The notes under the pieces were generated by a model. The model made no database searches, was not told the origin of the DNA, and saw only the letters and a list, made by a program, of their open reading frames with translations. From an uncultured Gemmatimonadales bacterium (lineage in GTDB: Bacteria > Gemmatimonadota > Gemmatimonadetes > Longimicrobiales > RSA9): a DNA stretch of 64,000 bases. The stretch is taken from contig CAWCRS010000007.1 of assembly GCA_963798085.1 (NCBI GenBank), forward strand, positions 320,001-384,000, given 5' to 3'. Position 1 is the first letter of the stretch, and every line of letters starts with the position of its first letter. Made by a program: the position numbers and the translations under genes. Below, one piece after another: positions 19,431 to 29,984 of this stretch.

Positions 19431-20333
19431 ATGGAATCCGTACCGAGGATTCCCCGAAAGCCCGTTGTGGCAATCGCCGGCCAGCACGAGTGGCTGGTCC
19501 GTTCGCTTGAGAGCATCTTCAGCTCGAGCGGCTTCAGCGCCGTTGCACGCGCAAGCCACGAAACTCTCGACTGGCTCGAGGCGACTCGACCGGATCTCGT
19601 CGTTCTCGAAGCCGACCCGCCGGACGTCCTCTGGCAAACCATGTTCGAAGCTGTGCGTCGCGCACGTGGCGTAACCCGCGCCACCCCGATCATTGCGGCC
19701 ACCGCGGAGTCTCTTTCGCGGGCCAGGCGCATCGACGCCCTCCGTGCTGGCGCCTGGGACGTATTCGGTCATCCTCTCGATGCCGAATCCCTCATCCTCA
19801 AGGCCAACACGTACGTGGCTGCCAAGCTCGAAGAAGAGGACACGCGCGATCGCAGCCTGATCGATCCGGAGACGGACTTCTACAACGTCCGTGGCGTTTT
19901 GCGGCGCATTTACGAAGAAGCTTCGGAAGCGGCCCGCAACCACACGCCACTGGCCTGCGTCGTGGCATCGCTCGAGTCGCCTGCGGCCGAGCCGCCTACG
20001 CCCGAGCGCACACGCGCACTCGCACAGGCGTTCCGCCGGGCCAGCCGTTCGTCCGATGTCTTCGGACGCCTCGGACCCAACGAGTTTGTGGTGGTCGCGC
20101 CCGGCACGGATTCCCCGGGCGCCCGCAGCTTCGCTCAGCGGCTCTCACAGCTGATCGCCCCGGTCACTGAAGGCACAGAAGAGCCGGGGGCGGGGCTCCG
20201 CGCCGGCTTCGCGGCTGTGGGCGATCTCTCGCGCGGCGATGTCGAGCCGGTCGACCTGTTCGTGCGCGCCGTGGCCGCGTTGCGTGCCGCACAGTCCGCG
20301 GACACCGGCGACCGTATCCGCAGCTTCGACTGA
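19431..20333 (+). CDS. Receiver-like domain plus degenerate GGDEF protein
   Basis: RPDLVVLE...ALRAGAWDVFGHP receiver-like region; LIDPETDFYN, RSSD I-site and GPNEF in place of GGDEF. Confidence 0.85.
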   Translation: MESVPRIPRKPVVAIAGQHEWLVRSLESIFSSSGFSAVARASHETLDWLEATRPDLVVLEADPPDVLWQTMFEAVRRARGVTRATPIIAATAESLSRARRIDALRAGAWDVFGHPLDAESLILKANTYVAAKLEEEDTRDRSLIDPETDFYNVRGVLRRIYEEASEAARNHTPLACVVASLESPAAEPPTPERTRALAQAFRRASRSSDVFGRLGPNEFVVVAPGTDSPGARSFAQRLSQLIAPVTEGTEEPGAGLRAGFAAVGDLSRGDVEPVDLFVRAVAALRAAQSADTGDRIRSFD

Positions 20334-20400
20334 GCCCGGCTCAGCGCCGCCTGGTCGGGCAGGCAGCCTCCAAACAGTTGGTTAGAACCTGGAAAGAGAA

Positions 20401-20439
20401 CTGCCCGGGCGATCCATCGACCGCCCGGGCAGGCTTCTT
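20401..20439. terminator. Probable terminator hairpin between convergent genes
   Basis: CTGCCCGGGCG...CGCCCGGGCAG 11-bp stem with a short U-rich tail on the plus strand. Confidence 0.55.
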
Positions 20440-20460
20440 GGTGCTTGCGGCCATAACGGC

Positions 20461-22944
20461 TCAGCGCTGGCCGAGGTCGTCGCCTCCTCGCGGACCGTCA
20501 CCCGTCAACGGCTCCGCGCTGCCGCTCTCGACGCCTGGCAGCGCGTGCTGGCCATCTTCGTCCAGCACCTCGTAGCCGGACACGTACGAGTAGTAGCGAT
20601 ACTGGCTGCCCTGAGTCACGTCGTTCAGCACGGCACCCACGACCCGTACGGGCAGGCGGTCCAGCGCATCCAGCTTCGACTCGGCAAGCGAGCGATCCGT
20701 CGAGCCCGTTCGCACCACGAGCACGAGATTGCGTGTCAGCGTGGCCAGCACCATCGGGTCGACGCACGCTCCCAGAGGCGGGCTGTCGACCAGAATCACA
20801 TCGTAGTCGGCGCGCAGGTCGCGCATCAACTGACGCATCGTCGGCGAGCCCAGCAGCTTCGGCCCTGATTCCTGCCGCGATCCGCAGCCAATGAAGTGCA
20901 GCAGCGGATAGCGCGTTTCCTGAATGATCGAAGCGCGGTCGGTCCGGCCTCCGAGATAATCGGTCAGCCCCGGCCGATGCTGCGCACCCAGCAGCCGGTG
21001 CATCGAACCGCGGCGAACGTCCCCATCCAGCACCAGCGTGCGGTGGCCCATGTCTGCGAACGCAATGGCGAGATTCGACGTCACAAACGACTTGCCGTCC
21101 AATGCGCCCGGGCTGGTGAACGTCACCATGATCGGTCCGCCATTGCCCACCGCGTGCGTAAGGCTCAGCTGTATCGACCGGAACGCCTCCACCGCCAGTG
21201 CCATGTCCGCAGGCCCCAGACGGCCACCACGCAGCGCCGGAACCGCACCCAGAATGTTGAGGCCCATGCCAGCGGTAACCTGATCCGGATACTGCACGCG
21301 CGAATCCATGCGATCCCGCGCCACTGCCGCCAGCAGCGCGACGAACAGTGCGCCGCCCACGAACATCAGAAGAACCGTGCGACGCGGATCCTCCACCGGT
21401 GTTACCGGCACACTCGGCCGCGAAGTTACCTGGAGATCAGCCGTCGTCGTGAGTTCGGTCAGTTTCGCTGCCTGGTACCGGCTCTCCAGCTGGCGATACA
21501 GGTCTTCCGCGATCGCCCGCTGCCGCGTGAGCTGGTCCTGCTCGATCGCGCGCTCGGGGATCTTGCGCATCTCCGTGCCCAGGCCGTCGATCTGCCGTGT
21601 CAGCTCATTGGTCCGCTGGTCCATCTGCGCGAGCAGCGCATTCGCATACATCGGAATCACCTGCTTCACGAGCGAGTCGCGGTACTCGATCGCGCGCTTC
21701 ATCGCCGCGAACTCCGGCGTGTACGTCACACCCAGCGTGCGCACGTTCGCCTCGGCGTTCTCCGTTTCCTTGAGTGCGCCCATCAACTGCGAGGATGTCT
21801 TCGAGGAGGGGATCGCTTCCAGCGCCGTGATGAGGATCGCTACGTTGCTCGTGTCCGAGAGCGCTCGCTGGACGTTGGCTTTGTCCGTCAGAAGCTGGTC
21901 CTTCTGCATGTTCAGCGAGAAGTAGTTCCCGTAGACCGTGTTATCCGTGTTCGGCAGCCCCGCGGGTACCGTCGCGCCGAAGCCGCGATCCTCACGCGGC
22001 AGCGTCGCCGTATTCACTCGGAATCGCTGCAGCGCCATTTCATTCGTGTGCAGAACCGAGTCCGCGCGGTGCAGCTGCTCGTCCAGGATCTTCGTCTCAG
22101 CCGTCAGCCGCTGCTTCTTCAGCTCCAGCGCTACCTCTTCGAAGCGGTCCATTACCGCTTCCAGCGTCGCCGCAACCCGGTTGGCGTCGGTGCCGCGCAG
22201 CGTGATGCGCAGGAAGTTGTTGTCCTTCTGCCCCTGAATCACGCTCTGCCCGACGGTAATCTGCGTACCCAGGTCGTTGCCTACTTCCGCCGGCGAGCGA
22301 ACGCTGAACTCGATGGGACGGTCGTTGGGAATCGCCGAACGAACGGGCACCCAGCGGAAGCCCACGGACAGTCCGATGGAATCGCCGAACGCCCGCCGCT
22401 CGATCACACTGTTATTGGCATCAGACAGGATCAGACCGCGCTTGGACTGATCCAGGGCCAGCGAGTACCGGCCTGTTTGCAGCTTGCGCCGTGCGTAGCC
22501 GAATCCCTGCAGCGCGATCGAGTCTTCCGCATGGGCCGGCGCCAGGTAGAGGCGTCGCTGCAGAACCACAGAGTCCAGCACAACCGGTGACTTCAACAGG
22601 TTCTGCCAGCCCAGTGCGTCCAGCAGTGCGCCTTGCCGGATCGGGCCGACCGATCCGCTGCCGCCCGCCAGACCGCTTCCCAGCCACACCTGCGCCCGCG
22701 TCTCGTAGATCGGCTTCTGGAACCGCATCGCGACCACACCCGCTCCCGCACCAAGGGCCGTGATCGCCAGGATCATCCATTTGAAGCGCAGCAGCGCCAT
22801 CCATGTGCGCAGCTGGATCGACGTCGTGGGACCTGCCGGGCCCGCACCGTTCCCCAGCGCCGGCGTGCCCGCGAACGGACGGCCCATCGGCTCGGGTGCC
22901 CCGTGTGCTTCGTACGGAACCGGACTCTTGTTCGACATGCCCAT
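20461..22944 (-). CDS. wzc: Polysaccharide co-polymerase / tyrosine autokinase
   Basis: Two TM helices flanking coiled coils; EAFRSI, Walker A SPGALDGKS, LVLDGDVRRG, ILVDSPP; C-terminal Tyr cluster YRYYSY. Start uncertain (22938-22974). Confidence 0.92.
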   Translation of the reverse strand: MGMSNKSPVPYEAHGAPEPMGRPFAGTPALGNGAGPAGPTTSIQLRTWMALLRFKWMILAITALGAGAGVVAMRFQKPIYETRAQVWLGSGLAGGSGSVGPIRQGALLDALGWQNLLKSPVVLDSVVLQRRLYLAPAHAEDSIALQGFGYARRKLQTGRYSLALDQSKRGLILSDANNSVIERRAFGDSIGLSVGFRWVPVRSAIPNDRPIEFSVRSPAEVGNDLGTQITVGQSVIQGQKDNNFLRITLRGTDANRVAATLEAVMDRFEEVALELKKQRLTAETKILDEQLHRADSVLHTNEMALQRFRVNTATLPREDRGFGATVPAGLPNTDNTVYGNYFSLNMQKDQLLTDKANVQRALSDTSNVAILITALEAIPSSKTSSQLMGALKETENAEANVRTLGVTYTPEFAAMKRAIEYRDSLVKQVIPMYANALLAQMDQRTNELTRQIDGLGTEMRKIPERAIEQDQLTRQRAIAEDLYRQLESRYQAAKLTELTTTADLQVTSRPSVPVTPVEDPRRTVLLMFVGGALFVALLAAVARDRMDSRVQYPDQVTAGMGLNILGAVPALRGGRLGPADMALAVEAFRSIQLSLTHAVGNGGPIMVTFTSPGALDGKSFVTSNLAIAFADMGHRTLVLDGDVRRGSMHRLLGAQHRPGLTDYLGGRTDRASIIQETRYPLLHFIGCGSRQESGPKLLGSPTMRQLMRDLRADYDVILVDSPPLGACVDPMVLATLTRNLVLVVRTGSTDRSLAESKLDALDRLPVRVVGAVLNDVTQGSQYRYYSYVSGYEVLDEDGQHALPGVESGSAEPLTGDGPRGGDDLGQR

Positions 22945-23571
22945 GCCCTCGATTGACCTGTAAGGGTCCCTCAACCCGCATCGCCATGCGACGGGGCCAG
23001 ACCCTCAGACCGCGCACCCCCTGCGCCAGCCATCCATCCCCACATTGAGGACGGCCACGCAACCGGCAAATTTCGCGCTCATTATTGTACTTGCGCAGTT
23101 CCAGAAAGTACCCGCACCACATGTCGACGCCGCTCGACCGCCGGCAAGACTGTTGCAGAGCATCGACACGCACTGCCCCAGTTGTGGGCCTGGTGCACCA
23201 GACAGCCGCACCAGGGTTGGTCGATTCAAGCGCCGAGACCAATCAGCCGAGATGCTTGTTGTCGCAATCAATCATATAGTTGCGGGGCTCACGCGACGAA
23301 CTTAGAATATATCGTACCTGTTCGAGCAGGTCGCCATACCGCGGCGGCGCCCGACTGTCCCGTGTCGGGTGGCGACGATCGTTCTGGAATGCTGCGTGGA
23401 ATTGAGCAGAAGCGTGCTCTCCCCGGGCTCGCTGTGAAGGAACACTCCGCAACCGTAGCCAGGGACTGGACCAGGGTAGGTCAAGGTGGCCTTGCCTGAG
23501 GGCAGTTGACGCATGGGGAAACCGGAAGGTCTCCGCGAGGGGACGCGTGTGTTCAGGGAGGATGGCAGAGT

Positions 23572-25112
23572 ATGGCGAGTGATGTTCTGGTGAACGGCCC
23601 GGGCCGCAGCGTGTTCGCGCGCGAAGGTGCGGAGGCAAAGCCGGATGGTGTGCCCGAGGCTGAGCTTGGTGCTGAAGCCAAGGCGACGATTCATGTGCTG
23701 ATCGTCGATGACGAGTACACGCTGCGCGAGAGTTGCGCGAGCCTCCTGCGCCAGGAGGGCTATAAGGTATCCGTCTGTGAGAGCGGCACCGAGGCCGATT
23801 GAGCAGATGCGGCGCAGGCAGGTGGACATCGCGTTGATCGATCTGTTCATGGAAGGCATGACCGGCCTCGAAGTGCTTGCCGGCTGCCTCGAAGCCAAGC
23901 CCGACACGCTCGCCATCATCATGACCGGCAATCCGAGTGTCGAGTCGAGCGTGATGGCCCTGGGCGCCGGGGCATGGGATTACCTGCCCAAGCCGTTCTC
24001 CGCGACCCATCTCCAGATTCTCGTGGGGCGCGCAGCCCATACGGCCCTGCGCAACCGCGAGCAGTCGCAGACGCCCGAAGTGCTGACGCTGCCTCGTGGT
24101 CACAGTGAGAAAGTGCCGCTGCTGGGGCAGAGCCCTGCCATGCTCAAGGTCATTGAGCTGGCGCGCAAAGTCGCCGCGACCGACGCGTCCGTGTTCATCA
24201 CGGGAGAGAGCGGGACCGGCAAGGAAATGATCGCGCAGTTCATGCATCAGCACAGCCGCAGGGCCGCCCGGCCCATGGTGGCGGTCAACTGCGCAGCACT
24301 ACCCGAGACGCTGCTCGAGTCCGAGATGTTCGGACACGTAAAGGGCGCGTTCACCGGCGCCGTCCGCGACAAGCCCGGCCTGCTCGAGGTGGCAAACGGC
24401 AGCACATTCTTCCTCGATGAGTTGACCGAAATGCCGCTGACGCATCCAGGCCAAGCTGCTGCGCGTCGTTCAGGATGGTGTGGTTCGTCGGGTAGGCAGC
24501 GAGACTACGGATTCTGTCGTGAATGTACGCTTCATCGCTGCCACGAACCGCGATGTGCGCGGCGCAGTCGATGATGGCGGTCTGCGAAAGGACCTGTTCT
24601 ATCGCCTCAGCGTCGTCCCCATTCATCTGCCGCCGCTTCGCGAGCGGCCCGAGGATATCGCCCTGCTGGCAGAGAATTTCCTGATGCGCTACTGGCGGCG
24701 TCATCGCGGTTCACGCGCATCACAGCCGCGCCTGAGCAAGGCGGCGATGCGGTCGCTCGAGTCCCGGCCGTGGCGAGGCAACGTGCGTGAGTTGCAGAAC
24801 GCGATCGAGCACGCCGTCGTGCTGCTCGATCCAGGCGCGGAGATCCAGCCGGAGGACATCCCCGTCGTCATCGACAGCACGGCACCACCACCCTCGCCCA
24901 TGGCGGGGTTCGATCCGGCTGGCGAGAAGTATCACGTCGCGCGCGATCGCATCCTGGCCGATTTCGAGCGTAGCTATCTGAGCTGGCTGCTGGATCGCGT
25001 GGGGGCGAACATGTCGCGAGCCGCCAAAGTTGCAGGCGTCGATCGCACCACGTTGTACCGTCTGATGGAAAAACACGGTCTGCAGCGCGACACGGTGATC
25101 AAGGCGGGTTGA
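23572..25112 (+). CDS. Sigma54-dependent response regulator (NtrC family), frameshifts at ~23795 and ~24445
   Basis: VLIVDD receiver, GESGTGKE, ESEMFGHVKGAFTGA, DLFYRL, WRGNVRELQN and Fis-type HTH, spread over three frames. Confidence 0.93.
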
Positions 25113-25162
25113 GCCGCAACTGGGAAAAACGCGAGTTGCATGCGTCAAGAGGTAGGAGGGGC

Positions 25163-26280
25163 GTGGCCGGGAAACGTGGATCCGATGCAGGCATAGCTGG
25201 ACAGCCGACGAGGGCGATGGGCGATTCGGCGCGACCAACGGAGCGGTTATCGCTGCAGAAGGCAGCGGAAGCGGCTGCGGACCGGATCGCAACGCGCGGC
25301 GACTCGGGCGTCAACGCCGCTACGCTTCGCTCCGAGGCGCAGCGATTGTTGCGCGTCGTGGAAGCCGATGAATCGCTGGCCGAAAATGAGACGCGACACG
25401 GATCTGCTTCGTCGACTGCTCCATCATTTCCGCTCCGAACTGCTCAGCGACTGGCGCGCGCGGCCCGAACCGCCTTCTTCCGAAATCATGCTGCGAACGC
25501 TCGCCGGCATCGAGGACATCGCGGCGGATCTGGCGCAGCGTCGCACGCGCAAGATGACCGGCGCGGGCATGCCGGATGGCTACGATTTTGCCGCTGGCGT
25601 CGCCCACGACCTCCGTTCTCCGCTTACGTCGATCCTGTTCCTCGCGGAAACGCTGCACTCGCAGGACAGAGCGGCGACTGAATGACACTCAGCGCCGGCA
25701 GCTGGGCATCATCTACAGTGCGGCACTCGGCCTCGTCTCGGTGGCCAGCGACATCATCGAGCTGGTGCGCGGCGGTGATGGCCTCACAGAGCGCGAGCCA
25801 ATTCTCTTCTCGGTCACCGAGATCCTCGAATCCGTGCATGACATCGTGCGGCCCATGGCGGAGGAGAAGGGTCTGGGCGTGCACCTCTTTCCGCCCGCGC
25901 TCGATCAGCGCTACGGGTATCCTCTCGCCCTGAGCCGCGTGCTGTTGAATCTCACCACGAATGGTCTCAAATACACAGACTCCGGTTTTGTCGAGATCTC
26001 GGTACGCGCTACCGGCCCATCGCGGCTCGAGTTCTCGGTCCGCGACACCGGCAAGGGGTACGGACCTGAGGCGCTGGAGACTCTCTATGAGCCGTTCCGC
26101 CGTACCGGCGGTCGCAACTTCGGCTTCTCGGGCACGGGTCTCGGCCTGGCCATCTCGCGCAAGCTCGTTGCCGCAATGGGCTCGACGCTCGAGGTCGAGA
26201 CGCGGCCCAGGTGGGGCACCCGCTTCTATTTCGAGGTGGAACTGACGCCCGGTCCGCGGGACGGCGCGGTCGGCGGCTGA
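25163..26280 (+). CDS. Cytoplasmic sensor histidine kinase (frameshifts at ~25375 and ~25675)
   Basis: AGGAGG RBS before GTG; H-box AHDLRSPL, N-box LNLTTNGLKYT, G1 DTGKG, G2 GTGLGLAI. Confidence 0.85.
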
Positions 26281-26485
26281 GCGACGAGTTCCGTCCACGC
26301 ATTTGTCGCACCCTTCCCACAGCCGTTGTTCACCCCCCACTCCCGAGGCCGCTACATCCCTTGGAGTAAATCTGACAAATCATTGTATGACAATCAGTTG
26401 AGCGCACCGAAGGTGCCTCGCACAAGCATTGCTGATCAGGACGACAGTCGATGAAGGGGGAATCACTTCACGCGAGTCGTCCAAA

Positions 26486-27268
26486 ATGCTATTGCCAGCC
26501 GAATCGAGCACGACGACAATGGGGTCGAGTCAGGCGAGTGCCTTCCGCGCCTCCCCAGCCACGTCTTCGTACGACCGTGTGGTGGCGTACGAGCGGGACA
26601 TGCGGGCCGCAGAATCCGCGGCCGAGCGGACCACCGCCGAACAGCTGCGGCGAGCGCTGAATGTGGTCGCTGCGCTGGTCGCGTTCGTGCTCACGCTGCC
26701 CTTCACGCTTCTGATCGGGCTGCTGATCAAGCTGTCATCGCCGGGACCGATTCTCTACACGCAGGCGCGCGTTGGCATTGATCGACGCCGCCCCGGAGAT
26801 GGCGTGAGCGATGGTCGCCGCGTGGTTGATTACGGCGGCAAGCTTTTCCGCATCTACAAGTTCCGCACGATGTACGTGAGCCCGGGTGATGCACCGCAGA
26901 TGTGGGCCAGGCGGGATGACCCGCGGGTAACGCCGGTCGGTCGTGTCCTGCGCAAATACAGACTGGATGAGTTGCCCCAGGTGTTCAATGTCCTGCGCGG
27001 TGACATGAATCTCGTGGGTCCGCGACCCGAGCAACCGCGCATCTTCGCGCTGCTTCGCGACCAGATTCCCAACTACGAGTTGCGGCAGCGCGTGCTCCCG
27101 GGCCTGACCGGCCTGGCGCAGGTGAATCAGACATATGACACCTCAACCGAGGATGTACGTCGGAAGGTGCAATACGATCTGGAGTACATCGCGCGCCGAT
27201 CCACCACGCAGGATGTGCGTATCCTGCTGGCTACGCCGCTGGCTGTCTTTAAGAAGCGGGCCTGGTGA
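26486..27268 (+). CDS. Priming sugar-1-phosphate transferase (Bac_transf)
   Basis: [51 protein letters not shown]. Start uncertain. Confidence 0.93.
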   Translation: MLLPAESSTTTMGSSQASAFRASPATSSYDRVVAYERDMRAAESAAERTTAEQLRRALNVVAALVAFVLTLPFTLLIGLLIKLSSPGPILYTQARVGIDRRRPGDGVSDGRRVVDYGGKLFRIYKFRTMYVSPGDAPQMWARRDDPRVTPVGRVLRKYRLDELPQVFNVLRGDMNLVGPRPEQPRIFALLRDQIPNYELRQRVLPGLTGLAQVNQTYDTSTEDVRRKVQYDLEYIARRSTTQDVRILLATPLAVFKKRAW

Positions 27269-28140
27269 CCGAATGGGTTGCCTCCCGCGCGGCGGGACGG
27301 GTGGCGGGCGTTGCCGCTCTTCCCTGGATCGCGACCGGAGCCGCCTTCCTGTTGTTGTTCTGGGGCCCGCTCGCCGGGATGTTCAGCCAGTGGCTGAGCG
27401 ATCCGGATTCGGGTCATGGTCTGCTCCTCACGCCGGTGGCGGTGGTGCTGGCAGTGAAAGCGGGCAGACTGGCGGGGAGCCGGGGTCAGCCCGTGGCAGG
27501 CGGTCTGATACTGACGGGTTCCGTGTTGCTTCGATACGTCGCAGGTCTGGCGGCCGAGGTGTTCACGATGCGGCTGTCGGCGCTTGGTGCACTGTTCGGG
27601 ATCGTCGTGTTCTTCTGGGGATTCCGACAGCTGCTGAAGTGGTGGTTGCCCGCGGTGCTGCTGGTGCTGTCGGTGCCATTACCTCAGGTGCTGACCGGGA
27701 CGCTCGCCCTGCCGCTGCAGTTCCGGGCTTCAAGGATGGGAGCGGCGATGCTGGCCTGGCGACACGTGCCCGTCGCAGTTGCGGGGAATGTGATTCAGTT
27801 GCCGAACCAGAGACTGTTCGTAACCGAAGCATGCAGCGGCCTGCGTTCGCTGACGGCCCTGTTGGCGCTCGGGTTCCTGATCGGGGGAGTGTGGCTTCGA
27901 ACGTGGTGGGCGAGAGCCGTGCTGGTACTGGCCGCGATACCGATCGCGATGCTGCTCAACAGCGTACGCATCTTCCTGACTGGATTCGCTGTGTTTTTCA
28001 TTAACCCGAAACTCGGGCAGGGCCTGATGCACTACAGCGAAGGGTGGGCGATGTTCGTCGCCGCATTCCTGACGCTCGGCGTGGGCGCCTGGGTTCTGGG
28101 CCAGGGTGAGAGCGTGCTCCTGCGGCGGAGTGCGCCGTGA
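27265..28140 (+). CDS. epsH: Exosortase (EpsH family)
   Basis: Multi-TM; VTEACSGLRSL (Cys), NSVR (Arg) and LMH (His) triad. Confidence 0.92.
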   Translation: MTEWVASRAAGRVAGVAALPWIATGAAFLLLFWGPLAGMFSQWLSDPDSGHGLLLTPVAVVLAVKAGRLAGSRGQPVAGGLILTGSVLLRYVAGLAAEVFTMRLSALGALFGIVVFFWGFRQLLKWWLPAVLLVLSVPLPQVLTGTLALPLQFRASRMGAAMLAWRHVPVAVAGNVIQLPNQRLFVTEACSGLRSLTALLALGFLIGGVWLRTWWARAVLVLAAIPIAMLLNSVRIFLTGFAVFFINPKLGQGLMHYSEGWAMFVAAFLTLGVGAWVLGQGESVLLRRSAP

Positions 28141-28772
28141 GAACGCACAGCTCGTGGGTGCCGGCAGCGATTCTGGTGGCGGGTGCTGTGCTCGTGCGCG
28201 GTGCGGGCCATCAGCGAGCGATGACGTTGCGCGAGCCGCTCAATGTCGCAGTTCCGAGGCAGATTGCCGGCATGACCGGTGAGGATCGAGCGATCTCCCG
28301 CGACGAGCAGGAAGTGGCCGGCATGTCGTCCTATGTGATGCGCGCGTTCACGAACGGTGCCGTTCCCGCGTTTTCGCTGTACGTCGGCTACTACGAGAGC
28401 CAGACGCAGGGACGCACGATTCACTCGCCGCGCAACTGCCTGCCAGGCGCCGGCTGGGAAGCGCTGTCTTCCAGTGTCATACCCATCGCCACGCCGGCGG
28501 GAACCGTGATGGTGAATCGCACGCTGGTGCAGAACCACAATGAGCGCGCTCTCGTGCTTTACTGGTACCAGGGTCGCGGCCGCATTGAATCAAACGAGTA
28601 CAAGGTGAAGTGGCAGTTGCTGCGCGACGCGGCGCTCAAGGGCCGCACGGAGGAAGCCCTGGTGCGCATCATCGTGCCCATTCAGACGACCGAAGCGGAG
28701 TCGGTCGATCTGGCAACACGCGCGGCGGCGGAAGTGGTGCCGGCCGTCTATCACGCACTTCCGAACGCGTAG
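28137..28772 (+). CDS. epsI: EpsI family exosortase-associated protein
   Basis: LYVGYYESQ, IHSPRNCLPGAGW, VLYWYQ, ALVRI; overlaps the exosortase stop. Confidence 0.9.
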   Translation: MRTHSSWVPAAILVAGAVLVRGAGHQRAMTLREPLNVAVPRQIAGMTGEDRAISRDEQEVAGMSSYVMRAFTNGAVPAFSLYVGYYESQTQGRTIHSPRNCLPGAGWEALSSSVIPIATPAGTVMVNRTLVQNHNERALVLYWYQGRGRIESNEYKVKWQLLRDAALKGRTEEALVRIIVPIQTTEAESVDLATRAAAEVVPAVYHALPNA

Positions 28773-28783
28773 GAGCTCTCTGC

Positions 28784-29314
28784 ATGGCAACAGCGGAACG
28801 CGAGCGGCCCAATGTCGTGGTGGGCAGCAGCAAGGACGTGGCACGATACCGCTTCCTTTCGTCCACGTTCTCGGCCCACGCGGCGCGCGCACTGTTCGCA
28901 GCCGGCCTCCTCTTCCTGCTGGGAAGCATGGCGGACCTGGCCATCCTGTGGTTCTATCAATTCCAGCCCGGCAATGCCTACACAGAGATGGTGGCGCTGA
29001 GCAGCACGCTCGAAGGCCTGCCCCGCATTGCCCTCGCCGCAGCGCTTATCTGGGCCGGTATGCAGATTCGCGGCACCACGTCACTGCTCGCGCACCGGCT
29101 GCTGGGCACACTTCTCCTGCTCACGGGACTGGCCGGCGGATTGGCCGGTGCCCTCCTGATCAGTGACTACTTCGTGCTGCGGGGTCAGCCTTTGACGCCC
29201 CAGGCACATGCGATTTTTGTGAGCTCAATGCTCAAGGGAACGACGCTGGCCGGACTGCATGTGTTGCTGCTGATTCCGGTCGGCATCATGAGTGTGCGGC
29301 GTCCAAGGGTCTGA
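28784..29314 (+). CDS. Hypothetical four-TM membrane protein
   Basis: AGGAG RBS; four hydrophobic segments; lies between epsI and the PEP-CTERM gene. Confidence 0.7.
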   Translation: MATAERERPNVVVGSSKDVARYRFLSSTFSAHAARALFAAGLLFLLGSMADLAILWFYQFQPGNAYTEMVALSSTLEGLPRIALAAALIWAGMQIRGTTSLLAHRLLGTLLLLTGLAGGLAGALLISDYFVLRGQPLTPQAHAIFVSSMLKGTTLAGLHVLLLIPVGIMSVRRPRV

Positions 29315-29350
29315 GCCATCCCCGGCGGACCCAGGGGCTCGCGCAAACGG

Positions 29351-29366
29351 CGGCACATCGAGAGCA
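29351..29366 (+). promoter_or_regulatory. Candidate sigma54 promoter of the PEP-CTERM gene
   Basis: CGGCAC-ATCGA-GAGCA (GG-N10-GC) about 40 nt before the ATG. Confidence 0.45.
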
Positions 29367-29408
29367 TTCTCGAGTCGCTGCCGGACAATTAGCCGGAAGG
29401 AGGTGTGC

Positions 29409-29984
29409 ATGAGTCGGATCCCGTACTTACGCAGGTCGGCGATCGCTGCGATTGCGATAGCCGCTTTCGGGGTACCCGGCACCGCGCAGGCGCAGATCGT
29501 CAATGTCTCGTCGAGTGCAACGGCGATGTGCGTGGGAACCTGCGCAACCGTGAGGTTCTCAGTTAACCTCAGCGGGACGTACTATTCGTCACGCGTGCGG
29601 TTGTTCAGCACCAACGGCAGCGAATGGCTGTTTGGTGGCCTGATCGGAGTGAAGGATGGTAACGGGAACACACTGGCCTGGACGGGCACCCTGAAGAATG
29701 GTGACCTGTTGCTGCAGGCGGCCGGTGGGCAGACCGGATGGGCGCCCGTGCCGATTTACGTGACAGCTGCAATGTCCACGTTTTCGGGGCAGAACCAGTT
29801 GTGGGATGGGTCCCTCCACTATGAAATGCTGATCGCAGGCACGTCCAATGGGGGGCAGCCCCTCGGGGAGGTCACCGGTGTGGTAACGCCTGAGCCAGCA
29901 AGCCTGTTACTGCTGGGTACCGGCCTTTTGGGAATGGTCGGAGCTGCCCGTCGCCGCAAGCGCGAGCAGACCGACAACGTCTGA
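29409..29984 (+). CDS. PEP-CTERM sorting domain protein
   Basis: Signal peptide ending AQA|Q; C-terminal VTPEPASLLLLGTGLLGMVGAARRRKR; GGAGG RBS. Confidence 0.95.
   Translation: MSRIPYLRRSAIAAIAIAAFGVPGTAQAQIVNVSSSATAMCVGTCATVRFSVNLSGTYYSSRVRLFSTNGSEWLFGGLIGVKDGNGNTLAWTGTLKNGDLLLQAAGGQTGWAPVPIYVTAAMSTFSGQNQLWDGSLHYEMLIAGTSNGGQPLGEVTGVVTPEPASLLLLGTGLLGMVGAARRRKREQTDNV

Noticed and set aside
19431..20333. This GGDEF protein as the Hypr-type cGAMP synthase for the riboswitch
   Set aside because: Catalytic and metal-binding residues are missing; any synthase must be encoded elsewhere.
23190..23201. 12-bp palindrome CTGGTGCACCAG in the wzc/regulator intergenic region
   Set aside because: Single occurrence with no matching copy noticed at other promoters; could be chance.
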